Notes: a model not told the origin generated them from the sequence alone. A stretch of 64,000 nucleotides of DNA from Bacillota bacterium (GCA_023415775.1 JAEZJM010000014.1:29784-93783); one strand, 5' to 3'. Positions 48,684 to 58,733 are shown, counted from the stretch's first letter. A program made the numbers and translations.

Positions 48684-49997
48684 TCATATTTTAATGACGT
48701 TGGCCCAATCCGGCGCTGTTCCGTCCCCGGTCAGCACCACGATGACTTTCATCCCTTGCGGCGGGCCTTCCGGCCAGGATGTCTGTCCGTCCGAAATAAC
48801 GATGCCTAATTGGGGCAAAGGCTTTAACCTTGCCGCAGCTTTCAGTCCGACGCCCATATCCGTCCCGCCCCCGCCGGCAAACCGGATTTGCTCCGGCCGA
48901 AATACCTTGCGGCAAAACTCAACCGCCGAATCAACCGCTAAAACATGTATCCCTTCCCTTTGCCCCAGTGATCTCAGAATACCCGAAATCTCCGCGAGCG
49001 TCTGGGCAAGCATGCCATCCGATATACTGGCGCTGGTGTCCGCCACGACGGCGACGGAAGGTGCCGGACTCCGCAAAGACGGAAAAATGACATTTCGACT
49101 GCCAACCTGCCCCTGACGCCGGGAAGGACGGCGGTAAGAATAATCCCTTGCCCCCGTTTGATCGATGGCCGCATAACGGATAGCCGCCGCCAGTTTTTTG
49201 CGCCAGTTTACTTTCGGATTCAGCGTTTCCTGGGCCCACCGGGCTAAATGGCCCGGCAAACGGCCTTTTCCGTTGGAATACTCCATAATCTGTTTGGCGA
49301 CATCCCGTCGGATCAGTTCCCCCTCCGCCTTGCTGATTCCGGCCGAGGAGCCTTTAACAGGCGCTTCGTCCTCCCATTCGGCCTTGCGCCCGGTGGCACA
49401 GGAGCCGCATCGCCCGGAGCCGGGTGACGCGGCATCCTGCTCCTTATCGACTGAGCGGTTTTTCTCCTCGTCAGTATCAGCACTATCGTTTTTGCTATCC
49501 TCAGTCTGGCAAGGACCGTCCTGTTCGGCGGGCGGCTTGCTATCGGCGTCCTTAGTTTGTGATGCTGCCCCATCCTTTTTGCCCGAATCATTCTTTTCCA
49601 AGGCAAAATAATACTCCTCCGCCAATAGATTCTCCGGCTGTCCAATCAATTGCGGCGTGACCGGATGAGCGGGAAATTTGACCCCTTCACGAAGCAGATC
49701 GTCGTTGATTTCGGCGTCGGAAGCAATATTGCTGATCCTGGGATCAAAATCTTTCATTCTTTCGGGATGATTGCGAAGAAGGTGACAGATTTCATGATAA
49801 AGTATCCCTGCCACTACATCGACCGGGCACTGGCTGACTTTCTGGGGGTCAAAGTAGAGCCGCCAATACATATCGACCGCCATTATTCCAAAATCCGGCT
49901 TGGCCACCGGTTGAAGAGCCCACAATGCAGCAGCTAAATACGGATGATCGTTCGTTAAAAAAAGGCGGCCCGCCTGCAGTTCATCAGGAAAAATCAT
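48684..49997 (-). CDS. DUF2201-type protein: N-terminal HEXXH metallopeptidase plus C-terminal vWA domain
   Basis: HEICH, DAEIND, SYRRPSRR, MIDAS-like DTSAS, GGGGTD and ISDG motifs. Confidence 0.87.
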   Translation of the reverse strand: MIFPDELQAGRLFLTNDHPYLAAALWALQPVAKPDFGIMAVDMYWRLYFDPQKVSQCPVDVVAGILYHEICHLLRNHPERMKDFDPRISNIASDAEINDDLLREGVKFPAHPVTPQLIGQPENLLAEEYYFALEKNDSGKKDGAASQTKDADSKPPAEQDGPCQTEDSKNDSADTDEEKNRSVDKEQDAASPGSGRCGSCATGRKAEWEDEAPVKGSSAGISKAEGELIRRDVAKQIMEYSNGKGRLPGHLARWAQETLNPKVNWRKKLAAAIRYAAIDQTGARDYSYRRPSRRQGQVGSRNVIFPSLRSPAPSVAVVADTSASISDGMLAQTLAEISGILRSLGQREGIHVLAVDSAVEFCRKVFRPEQIRFAGGGGTDMGVGLKAAARLKPLPQLGIVISDGQTSWPEGPPQGMKVIVVLTGDGTAPDWANVIKI

Positions 49998-50647
49998 GCC
50001 AGCAGCACCTCAAAACACTTTAGCGCGTCAATCGTTTCTTTCAAACCGGACGCCTCTCCTGCTTGACGGGTATTATGAAGAAACAGACTTTTGTCCACCT
50101 TGATACTCCGCGTTACTTCCCTCTGCCGTTTTATTGCCGCCGGAGCAACCGTGAAAACATATTTATCGCAAGAATGGTTTTTCAAACAATAAGTGCTGCG
50201 GTTATGCCGATAACGCGGAAAAAAGACGGGGGGATGATCCTCGATTACGTTTCTCAGCAGAGGCGCCACATCTGCCGCGTAAATAGAAAATGTATTGACC
50301 TTATTCTTTGTAATGGTAATTGCCGATGAACAGACAGGCTCATCCTCTGCCATTGTATATAACCGGTACTCTTTCATCCCATTCGGCTGATAAAAACTTT
50401 CCGCTTTCCACACGTATTTTCTGTTCTGATGAAGCTTTTCGAATAACTCCAACCATTCGCCGCCAAACGTAGCTTTAAAAACAGCGTACAGAAGATAAGC
50501 CGGCAATTTGGCGTCCTTATTATTGTAAAAATCCAGCCTGGATTCTTCCGAACAATCCACTGTAACGGTAGTATCGCCAACCTGCAAGTAATCGCAGGCT
50601 CTATCCATCCAAAAAATAAAGCTAGCCGTCTCCTGAAGCGGTTTCAC
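49994..50647 (-). CDS. Hypothetical protein translationally coupled between the AAA and vWA genes
   Basis: 217-aa ORF with 4-nt start/stop overlaps on both sides. Confidence 0.65.
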   Translation of the reverse strand: MKPLQETASFIFWMDRACDYLQVGDTTVTVDCSEESRLDFYNNKDAKLPAYLLYAVFKATFGGEWLELFEKLHQNRKYVWKAESFYQPNGMKEYRLYTMAEDEPVCSSAITITKNKVNTFSIYAADVAPLLRNVIEDHPPVFFPRYRHNRSTYCLKNHSCDKYVFTVAPAAIKRQREVTRSIKVDKSLFLHNTRQAGEASGLKETIDALKCFEVLLA

Positions 50648-51726
50648 ATTAACCCTCCTTTCTGGAGCAGCGGGATAAATTCCCGCAGTTCTTGCTGAGG
50701 CAGGGAAAATTCCGGCTTCTTCGCCTGAGCTAACTTTTTGGCCGCAACTGCGGCAACATCTTTTTTCCCTTGTTCCACCGCCTTTGCCAGGACGCTCCAG
50801 GCTGCCGTCCAGCGTTCTTCGGTCAGCCTGTCGATCGCGGCTGCAATAACAGCCGTCAATATGGCAAAAGCCTGATCGCCACGATCCGGAAGCTGAAGCC
50901 CGGAAGGATTAGCCAAAACCTCCTCCGGATCCGGCAGATCCAGATCTCTGTACCAGGCTAAAAACTCCAGACAGGCGCCTTCGCCGACACAGCCGGCAAT
51001 CAATAAAGCGATTACATCCTCATCCTCCTGAGCCGTCTGCGCAGCTGCCAGCAATCTGGCCGCCATAGACCATGACCGAGGCGACGGCCATGCTTTTCCG
51101 GCTTGGGTTTCATCCTTAGGCACCTGCAGCAGCAGGTGCGGCCGGTGGCGGATAAAAGCCGCGATAAAGGCCTGTTTTTCAGGGATGGAGTTTTCCCAAT
51201 CCGGCGCAAGCCGCGGCAAGCCGCTTGTCGACCAGCCTCTGATCATACCCTCGACCCAGTTATGCGTATCCAGGGACCAGACTAAATGGCAAAACCTGTT
51301 CGCCAGCGGGGCGGACAGCTCCCATCCGCTGAAACACTGTTCCGCCGGATTGGCCGAAGCCACGACCGAAACACCGGCAGGCAGGGCAATGTCGCCGACT
51401 ACTCTTTCTAAAACAATCCTGAGCAAGGCGGACTGCACTGCGGGCGGCGCGGTAGAGATCTCATCCAGAAAAAGCATCCCTTTTCCGGCCTGAACCAGAC
51501 GCTTTGCCCAGGCCGGCGGCTCCATATGAACCCCATCCTCGCGAATTACGGGAAGTCCGGAAAAATCCGCCGGTTCGCGGATGGAAGCCAGCACAACCTC
51601 AATCGGCAGGGAAAGCCCCGCCGCAAGCATCGTAACAGTCGCTGTCTTGCCAACACCGGGAGGCCCCCAGGTCAGAACGGGAACACCGGCCTGAACCGCA
51701 ATCGAAAGAGCGTTGAGCTGAAACAT
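50644..51726 (-). CDS. MoxR-like AAA+ ATPase
   Basis: GPPGVGKT, LFLDEI, SANP, LANRF and PSPRSW motifs. Confidence 0.9.
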   Translation of the reverse strand: MFQLNALSIAVQAGVPVLTWGPPGVGKTATVTMLAAGLSLPIEVVLASIREPADFSGLPVIREDGVHMEPPAWAKRLVQAGKGMLFLDEISTAPPAVQSALLRIVLERVVGDIALPAGVSVVASANPAEQCFSGWELSAPLANRFCHLVWSLDTHNWVEGMIRGWSTSGLPRLAPDWENSIPEKQAFIAAFIRHRPHLLLQVPKDETQAGKAWPSPRSWSMAARLLAAAQTAQEDEDVIALLIAGCVGEGACLEFLAWYRDLDLPDPEEVLANPSGLQLPDRGDQAFAILTAVIAAAIDRLTEERWTAAWSVLAKAVEQGKKDVAAVAAKKLAQAKKPEFSLPQQELREFIPLLQKGGLM

Positions 51727-51826
51727 TTTCTACCTCCCATTTCACAGGCTGTACCGCCATATGTAGCACCGAAATACACCCACCGATAGTATTTCCCCGT
51801 GAAATCGCATCAACACCCAATAACGC

Positions 51827-52050
51827 AAAAACGCCTACCTCTAGGCGTTCCTTATCTTTTGCACCGTCTCGACGGCCGGCTTGGTTAATTATGCAATTTT
51901 AGGTTCTCCGAAACCAAGTTTGGCAGCCGTTCATGTAAATCCGACTTAAGATTTATATCCCTTTCAATGATTATCTCTTTGTGACCCTAATCACTTTACT
52001 CGGCTACTATTTTTAACTACCGACTCCACGTGCACGGAGGAGTGCTAACT
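51827..52050 (-). ncRNA. Candidate structured leader RNA ending in an intrinsic terminator
   Basis: Series of hairpins with terminal AACGCCTA-GAGG-TAGGCGTT-TTT about 100 nt before the AAA start. Confidence 0.4.
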
Positions 52051-52317
52051 GCTGAAAAGAAAATACGCTTCTATTACTCTATTTAAGACAAGTATCCGGA
52101 AGTCAATTGTCTCGCTCTAATTGGGGGCGGGATACATGCAAAATCAAATCGGCGTTGTCAACCTCTTTGCCAAATCAGGAAAATGCAGCCCACCTCTGTT
52201 AGGTAAGCTGCATTTTTGTTTTGCCGCCAAATCGGTTTAATTCGTGAGACACTTTTGCAATGTTCTTGCCACTAGCGTAGTTTTATAGATTGCACAAAAT
52301 TGTTTAGGGGAAACGGG

Positions 52318-52764
52318 TTATTCAGGCGACCAGTACAAAAATCCGTTTTCCAGTTCGTATCTGACGAAAAATTCTTGCCGACGATTCGGACCTGCCGGAC
52401 AGGACTGCCCATCATAATAGTTGAAGGCATTGTTATTTACCGTACGCACTATGGAACTGCTAATCCCCTCGCCGCTCCACCTTGCTTCCGAGGTCTTCAC
52501 AAAAAGATAGATATGGCCTTTAGCCGTAGAATTAGGCACACTAATCCGTCTGGTACTATTCGGCTGTACAACCCACCAGCCATGGCACCGCCATGTGCCG
52601 ACCTCATCGTCGAAATCAATCGCCGCCACATCCATTTTATCCGAATAAGGATTCCGGATATCCATAGAATAGGCCAGCGCCTGCGCGGGCAGAACACTCA
52701 ACGCCACCATTGCCATAAGCAATACGCCGAACAACTTACCGGTGAATCCTTTTCTGCGCATCAT
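52318..52764 (-). CDS. Secreted DUF1036-like protein
   Basis: Signal peptide (AQALA) and a WRCHGWWVVQP motif. Confidence 0.7.
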   Translation of the reverse strand: MMRRKGFTGKLFGVLLMAMVALSVLPAQALAYSMDIRNPYSDKMDVAAIDFDDEVGTWRCHGWWVVQPNSTRRISVPNSTAKGHIYLFVKTSEARWSGEGISSSIVRTVNNNAFNYYDGQSCPAGPNRRQEFFVRYELENGFLYWSPE

Positions 52765-52825
52765 ACGTTATACACCTCTTAGCGTTCTTCTATTTTCTTT
52801 AATCTAACAAGCCCTGTTGGCAGCT

Positions 52826-53962
52826 TCAAGGCGCGTTTGTGCCAACCGGATGAATGTAACCCCACTTGCCGTTCAACTTTACCGGAGCCAGCCCTTCGCC
52901 GCAAGGCCAGGCGTCGTCATATGTGAGAGCGACTACTTCTATGCCGTTTTTATCGACGAAGCCCCACTTGTCGCTGACTTTCACCGCGGCGAGTCCCTCT
53001 GTGAAGGGGCCGGCAAAGTCATACTTGCAGGCAACCATTTCCTTGCCGGTTTTATCGATATAGCCCCACTTGTCACCGATCTTTACCGGCGCCAGCCCTT
53101 CACTGAACGGGCCGGCTTTGTCATAGCGGAAGCCGATCAATTCTTGGCCGGTTTTATCGACAAAGCCCCATTTCCCACTTAGGTCGACGTAAGCCAACCC
53201 TTCTTTAGAAAACAGATGGACGGCAGCCAACCCCTCTTTGAAAAGCAACTGAGCGGTATGATGCTTGAGGGGAACGATCACTTTGCCGGTTTTGTCGATA
53301 TAACCGTACTTGCCGACATTTTCTACCATCGCGAGCCCCTCACTGAAAGGAGCAACACTGTGATACTGGAGGCCGATCACTTCCTGGCCGCTCTTATCAA
53401 CAAAGCCCCATTTATCATTCAGCAGCACCGCAGCCAATCCATCTGTGAAGTTAAGGGCATGATCATAGCGGAGGGGAATTACTGTCTGACCGGCCTTATC
53501 GATATAACCATACTTGTATTTCACGGCCACTTTGGCGAGGCCGTCACTGAAAGAAGCGGCCAGATCATACTGAGGTGCTATCGCCTCTTTACCGCTCTTA
53601 TCGATGAACCCCCACTTGTCATTCAGCCTCACCCTAGCCAGTCCTTCGCTGAACGAATCGGCATTGTCGTATTGAACAGGGATCACAACCCTGCCGGCAT
53701 TATCGATATAGCCACATTTGCCGTTCAGCTTCACCGCAGCCAGTCCTTCGCTGAACGAACCGACATTGTCATATTGAATAGGGATCACAACCCTGCCGGC
53801 GCTATCGATATAACCCCACTTACCGTTTTTCTTTACCTGAGCCAAGCCATCTTTAAAGCCGTAGGCGCCATCGTAGTCGAACACCTCATCCGCCGCCGCC
53901 GGCCCAACGAACAGCAGCAAGCAAACCATAGTCAAGGCGACGGTTAATGCCGTTTTCCCCAT
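52826..53962 (-). CDS. Secreted WG-repeat (KWG Leptospira-type) protein
   Basis: About ten repeats of FSEGLAxVxxxxKWGF/YIDKxG. Confidence 0.92.
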   Translation of the reverse strand: MGKTALTVALTMVCLLLFVGPAAADEVFDYDGAYGFKDGLAQVKKNGKWGYIDSAGRVVIPIQYDNVGSFSEGLAAVKLNGKCGYIDNAGRVVIPVQYDNADSFSEGLARVRLNDKWGFIDKSGKEAIAPQYDLAASFSDGLAKVAVKYKYGYIDKAGQTVIPLRYDHALNFTDGLAAVLLNDKWGFVDKSGQEVIGLQYHSVAPFSEGLAMVENVGKYGYIDKTGKVIVPLKHHTAQLLFKEGLAAVHLFSKEGLAYVDLSGKWGFVDKTGQELIGFRYDKAGPFSEGLAPVKIGDKWGYIDKTGKEMVACKYDFAGPFTEGLAAVKVSDKWGFVDKNGIEVVALTYDDAWPCGEGLAPVKLNGKWGYIHPVGTNAP

Positions 53963-54004
53963 GATGATCCTCCCTTACCAGCCGACACTAAGCCTAATCC
54001 AGCT

Positions 54005-54568
54005 TTATAACCTGGCGGCGATCGTCTTGGCGATCTTCTCCATCATCTCCACCGTTATCGGATAGCTGCCCGCGTCGGCATGTCTGATGACAGCGATGGT
54101 GGTGTCTCCTTTACGGAAGCACAGCATACTGGGCGTATTTGCATTCTTTGGCCCCCAGAAAGCGTTTTCCATTGATCTATAGTCCTGGGCGCTGGACCGA
54201 TTATATTGCGCTTCGTAATAGCTGGCAGGCAGAACGGTCACGGTCAGAACAACATGGCCTTCATCGGCGGTGGAGAAAGTAAGGTCAGGCTTGCCGCTAA
54301 ATTTCATATCCGCATAGTCCATAGTGAACTTGCTGCCGGTTATGTTGGCCAAATCTTGCACCGTCAGGTATTTGCGGTAGTCTTTGGCCACAGGAGCCGG
54401 GGCTGCCGGAGCGGTCTTCGGCGCTGCCGGCTTGACGGCCGGCGCCTGGGCAGTCGGCGGCTTGGCGGCCGGCTTTTTGTCGGCATCATCGTCCGAGCCA
54501 AGAATGAAGATCGCAGCGACGACAACGAGCATGCCCGCTAAGAAACCCATGATGACTTTTTTGTTCAT
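54005..54568 (-). CDS. Membrane-anchored hypothetical protein with a Pro/Ala linker
   Basis: N-terminal TM or signal segment, PAAKPP linker, globular C-terminal domain. Confidence 0.7.
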   Translation of the reverse strand: MNKKVIMGFLAGMLVVVAAIFILGSDDDADKKPAAKPPTAQAPAVKPAAPKTAPAAPAPVAKDYRKYLTVQDLANITGSKFTMDYADMKFSGKPDLTFSTADEGHVVLTVTVLPASYYEAQYNRSSAQDYRSMENAFWGPKNANTPSMLCFRKGDTTIAVIRHADAGSYPITVEMMEKIAKTIAARL

Positions 54569-55314
54569 TATTTACTCTCCTCCGTCGTTACCGTGAGCGC
54601 CTGGGCGGCCCGGCCTGTGAGCTTTTGCCAGAGATCTCCGTCTTTATCGAGGATATCGGCCAGGTCGGCGTACGGCACGTTATAGCCGCCGATCGGCCCT
54701 ATGGCATTCGAGGGGATGGAGTAGACCCTGACCGAGTCGGCGGTCAGCAAGAAGGCCTTGTCCATACCTGTCCAGGAAGCTGTGAAGGTCTTGATCGTCC
54801 ACCTCTCCGCGAGTCCTTCGATATTGAGCCGGTAGGCGCTTTCATTGTCGGCGCACAGCTCCTTGATACGCTTTTCAAAATCAGCGGTGCCTTTGAAGAG
54901 ATCGCCGATTTCATATACTGTCCCGCTCGACAGATCGATATGGATCCCGCTGTCGATCTTGCGGGGCCGCGCCCCTCCCGGCGTAAAGCTGTTGCCCCGG
55001 AAATGAATGCCGAGCAGATTCCCGTTATAGAAAGAAATCTCGAAATCACCGTGCAGTGAACTATCGGGCGACGGGTTCCTCAGCGCGAGTATCGCCGCCT
55101 CAAGGTTCATATTGATTTTAGCCTGGAGTTCGGCATTATTTAGCCCCAGAACCCGAGGGATGAATGCCTTGCTGCCGTTCTCCTGATATTGGCTTTTTAC
55201 AATCTTGATAATCGGTATTGATGTTTCCCGCTGCGCCGACACTTCGCCACCGGCTATTAAAACACAGCCGCTGAGAACAAGCAGTATGACCCAGAATTTG
55301 ATCTTCGATATCAT
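54568..55314 (-). CDS. Secreted DUF3298/PdaC/RsiV-like protein
   Basis: Signal peptide; FTPGGARP...IDLSSG...IGDLFK pattern. Confidence 0.6.
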   Translation of the reverse strand: MISKIKFWVILLVLSGCVLIAGGEVSAQRETSIPIIKIVKSQYQENGSKAFIPRVLGLNNAELQAKINMNLEAAILALRNPSPDSSLHGDFEISFYNGNLLGIHFRGNSFTPGGARPRKIDSGIHIDLSSGTVYEIGDLFKGTADFEKRIKELCADNESAYRLNIEGLAERWTIKTFTASWTGMDKAFLLTADSVRVYSIPSNAIGPIGGYNVPYADLADILDKDGDLWQKLTGRAAQALTVTTEESK

Positions 55315-55329
55315 TTAAATGCGACCTCC

Positions 55330-55584
55330 TTAATAGACTACTGCTTCACGTAATCCACCAGCACCCACCGGTCTGTTCCGTCTTCGCGGACTTTCTTGAT
55401 GATGGCGTTCATCTTCTCGGTCAGCTTCGGGACCTCGCCGCTTGCCTTCGCGCTCTCCAGTAAATCCTTCTGTGAATTCAGATGCAGCATCATATTTAAA
55501 TAACAATGTGTTCGCTTCCACCGACATCATGAACAGCAGCATGCAGAACATAGTGAATACAATAATGATCCCCGTCTTACGCAC
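55330..55584 (-). pseudogene. Deletion remnant: signal peptide and first WG half-repeat joined out of frame to an SBP family-3-like C-terminus
   Basis: FKYDAASEFTEG, then in another frame AKASGEVPKLTEKMNAIIKKVREDGTDRWVLVDYVKQ*. Confidence 0.5.
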
Positions 55585-55661
55585 GAAGAAACCTCTTTCC
55601 CGTCACCACGCTGTCGGCTATCAGGCAAGCCCTGCCTACCGTTGTTGGCTTCCGCCAAAAT

Positions 55662-56060
55662 TCAATTATTTCTTCCGCCAACCATTTCCTTGATTTCCAT
55701 TTCTAAATTGTCGGCGTTTACTATCTTCTGCCCTTTATCGAAAAACACTGCCATGACACTGTCCTTCGCATTAATGCCGATGAATTTAACTGCGGGATAT
55801 CCAGAGAAAAAGGCTGGATCAGGAACTTTATTGTCACTGCCGATTTCAAAGATTACGATGTCAGGACAAACCATACCAAGTTCCCAAACTACATCAGGCA
55901 AATATCGCCCCGACCGGGTCACCCGGCTTCGCCCATCGGCAATAAGGCTGGCCGCCACGCCATCCACAAACTGGTTATTGCCACAAACAACAACTTCCAG
56001 TAGGTTCAAAATGATCACCCGCTTCTTTTCCCCAACCAAATTATGTCGTATTGAGTCCAT
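55662..56060 (-). CDS. Stand-alone pseudo-receiver-like protein (paralogue of 33354-33743)
   Basis: EVVVCGNNQFVDGVAASL...CPDIVIFE...P.VKFIGI. Confidence 0.6.
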   Translation of the reverse strand: MDSIRHNLVGEKKRVIILNLLEVVVCGNNQFVDGVAASLIADGRSRVTRSGRYLPDVVWELGMVCPDIVIFEIGSDNKVPDPAFFSGYPAVKFIGINAKDSVMAVFFDKGQKIVNADNLEMEIKEMVGGRNN

Positions 56061-56203
56061 TATAGCGATTTTCTTTTCGCTCCATACCTGCTAAAAGCAC
56101 AGTCACCCAAAAAGAAAAAGCATAGTCCAAAAACTATACTTTAGTTTAGTCGGGCCCGGCTATTCTTTTATTACTTCCGCCGCGCGTCTTGGTTTACTCC
56201 TCG

Positions 56204-56851
56204 CTATGACATGCCTTTATTAGAAAAATACGCGATGAGCTGCGAACGGTTAGCTAGATGAAGCTTTGTGAGTATTTCATTAATATGGTATTTAATAGTT
56301 GATTCTTTCAAGCCCAGTTGCTCAGCAATCTCTTTGTAAGGTAATCCTTCAGTTAACAATTCTAATATCCCCTGCTGACGCGCGGATAATTTTCGATCAC
56401 CTTTGTCTTCTCTTTCCACCGGCGCCTGCTGTTGACGGATGAATTCCTTCAATACCCGTTCTGCCAAACCTGGCCCTAAAGGCGTCTCCCCTCGGGCCAA
56501 AGCGGAAAGCTGCTCAAGAAATTGTAGCGGTTCCATTCCTTTAAGCAAATATCCACAGGCCCCGGCTTGAATAGAGGCAAATAGGCTGTCTTCATCCTCG
56601 CAGGCGGTCAACATAACGACGGTTGCCTCCGGATACTCTTTTTTGATCATCCGAGTCGTCTCTATCCCGTCGCACCGGGCCATTTGCAGATCCATTAATA
56701 TCAAATCAGGTTTAAGCAACTCAAATTGGAGCAGAGCCTCCGGCCCGTTCGTTGCCGTCCCGACAACCTCGATGCCATGGGCTTGAAGAAAGGTTTTAAG
56801 CCCTTCCAGAAATAAGGCGTGGTCATCAACCAGCAGTGTTTTCATTGCCAT
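56204..56851 (-). CDS. NarL/FixJ family response regulator
   Basis: LLVDDHALF, PDLILMDLQM and a LuxR HTH; paralogue of 33904-34569. Confidence 0.93.
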   Translation of the reverse strand: MAMKTLLVDDHALFLEGLKTFLQAHGIEVVGTATNGPEALLQFELLKPDLILMDLQMARCDGIETTRMIKKEYPEATVVMLTACEDEDSLFASIQAGACGYLLKGMEPLQFLEQLSALARGETPLGPGLAERVLKEFIRQQQAPVEREDKGDRKLSARQQGILELLTEGLPYKEIAEQLGLKESTIKYHINEILTKLHLANRSQLIAYFSNKGMS

Positions 56852-58565
56852 CCACCTTTCCCAAACAGAACTCGACCATCACCTTGGTTCCTTCACCTTG
56901 TTTAGATTCAATCTGAAGCAGTCCCCCTGCCTCTTTCGCCCGTTCCTCCATGACTTGCAGCCCAAAGCGTTCTCCCCCGGCGGAACTGACCGACGTATCG
57001 AAGCCACAGCCATCATCAGCAACAACAACCGTCACCCGATTGTCCGTCACCCGGATAATAACTTCCGCTTTCCGGGCTTTGGCATGTTTTCGGATATTAG
57101 TCAACGCTTCCTGTATAATCCGGAGCAACTGCGCTTCACTGGTACGGTTAAATAACCGCGCCACCGGCTGAGTGGGAAGAACGAGCCGAGTGGCAACACC
57201 ATGGATCTTCTCATACCACGTTAAATAATCCCGCAAGGTTGCAACAAAATCACGACTGTCGGCGGCGGTCTGTTTAAGCCCGACAATGGACTCTCTTACA
57301 TCGGCGTTCAATTCCCTTGCGACCCCGGCCAGCCGCTCCACCTGTTTTCTGGCCTCCTCAAGCTGGGCACTGTTTATTAATGAATGGATAGTTTGCAGTT
57401 CCAGTTGCAGATAACTCCATATCTGCCCCTGCCCGTCATGAAGCTCCCGTCCCAGCCGGTTCCGTTCAGTCATGATAGCCAACGCATGTTGCTGTTCAAT
57501 CAGTTGGGCTTGGATTTGCTTCTGCGCGGTGATATCATTAAAAACGATTACTTGCCCGAGTAGAGTTCCCTTAGAAGCAAGAGAAGCTATGTTCAGTTGA
57601 TAATAGCGGCGTCCCTCAGGATATTCGCGGGTCGCCTCCAGGGTCTTGACACCGGCATCGCCGCCAAGTTCGGCCAAAGCAGGCCATACGGCAACAACTT
57701 CTTGAAATTTGCCACCGACAGCTATCGGCAAACCGGCGAAGATTAATTTTGCCGCCGGATTCATGTCCACGATATAATCTTCGTCGTCGACGATCAGCAG
57801 GCCATCAATCATGTTTCGCATGACGGCGTCCTGAGCCTGGGGAAGTATACGAAAAATGAGCCAGCGTCGATAAACCCAGGCTACATACAGTCCACTCAGC
57901 AAAAAGCCGAGTTCACGCGCCAAAGGCACAGTGTCGCGGGCTACCATCCACACCAGATTACCGGCCAAGGAAAGGATCGGCGCCACAATTATAACCATAG
58001 CCTGCCGCCGGCGCCAACCGGCGGTAGTGAGCACCCAACGCACGCTAAACACGAGACTGGCCAGGCTTAATAGATAGCCAAACCCCGTCACCAACGGCCG
58101 GAGAAGCCCTCGGACGATCGTCATTGTCCCGTCATCCAGCCAGGCATCTCGCCAATACCAGCCGTGCCAGTTGTTGGTCAAAATAGTCAGCCACATGATT
58201 GCAATCAACCCGCGCAGGGCATATTTGACCGCCAGCGGTATTATCTTTTCCTGGCCGCTGATTTCCATAATAAACATAAACCAGGCATAGGCAAGCAAAA
58301 GTAGCGACATGTTCTGCAGACCAAGCCAGAATAGCTTAACCGGTAAATCCACGCTAATGCTGGCCATAATCAAGCCCAAAATCCACACGATTTTGCACGC
58401 CTGGGCATAAACCTGCGGAAAAGCCCCCGGCAGTTTACGGAATCGCCAGAAATAAAGCGACAGGCCTTCCAAAAAAGCGATAATCAATAGATAGAACCAG
58501 ATATTAGCGCTCATTGGCTGAAAAATATATGCAGACACAATCAGTTCCTTTCTCAAATAAAGCAC
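56826..58565 (-). CDS. Sensor histidine kinase (7TM, PAS, HisKA_3)
   Basis: ERNRLGRELHDG and QEALTNIRKHA motifs; paralogue of 34585-36312. Confidence 0.92.
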   Translation of the reverse strand: MLYLRKELIVSAYIFQPMSANIWFYLLIIAFLEGLSLYFWRFRKLPGAFPQVYAQACKIVWILGLIMASISVDLPVKLFWLGLQNMSLLLLAYAWFMFIMEISGQEKIIPLAVKYALRGLIAIMWLTILTNNWHGWYWRDAWLDDGTMTIVRGLLRPLVTGFGYLLSLASLVFSVRWVLTTAGWRRRQAMVIIVAPILSLAGNLVWMVARDTVPLARELGFLLSGLYVAWVYRRWLIFRILPQAQDAVMRNMIDGLLIVDDEDYIVDMNPAAKLIFAGLPIAVGGKFQEVVAVWPALAELGGDAGVKTLEATREYPEGRRYYQLNIASLASKGTLLGQVIVFNDITAQKQIQAQLIEQQHALAIMTERNRLGRELHDGQGQIWSYLQLELQTIHSLINSAQLEEARKQVERLAGVARELNADVRESIVGLKQTAADSRDFVATLRDYLTWYEKIHGVATRLVLPTQPVARLFNRTSEAQLLRIIQEALTNIRKHAKARKAEVIIRVTDNRVTVVVADDGCGFDTSVSSAGGERFGLQVMEERAKEAGGLLQIESKQGEGTKVMVEFCLGKVDGNENTAG

Positions 58566-58733
58566 AAAACCAGCTTATTAATGATTTAACAAGAGTATCT
58601 ATTTATATAGAAAAAATTTTTGACATACTTTGGTTTTTTCCTGCATTGCTGCAATTCCGGGCGACGCCCACCTCCACAACCACCTACAAAAAAACCGCGT
58701 ACTACGCGAGTTCCCAGGTATTCCGGATTTGGA

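Noticed and set aside
52020..52055. HDV-like ribozyme or lysine riboswitch in the MoxR leader
   Set aside because: Short motifs (CTCCACGT, GGAGTGCTA) are present, but the required pairings and 5' elements could not be built.
52826..53962. Regularly spaced DNA repeats as a CRISPR array
   Set aside because: They are degenerate in-frame WG protein repeats, with no unique spacers and no cas genes.
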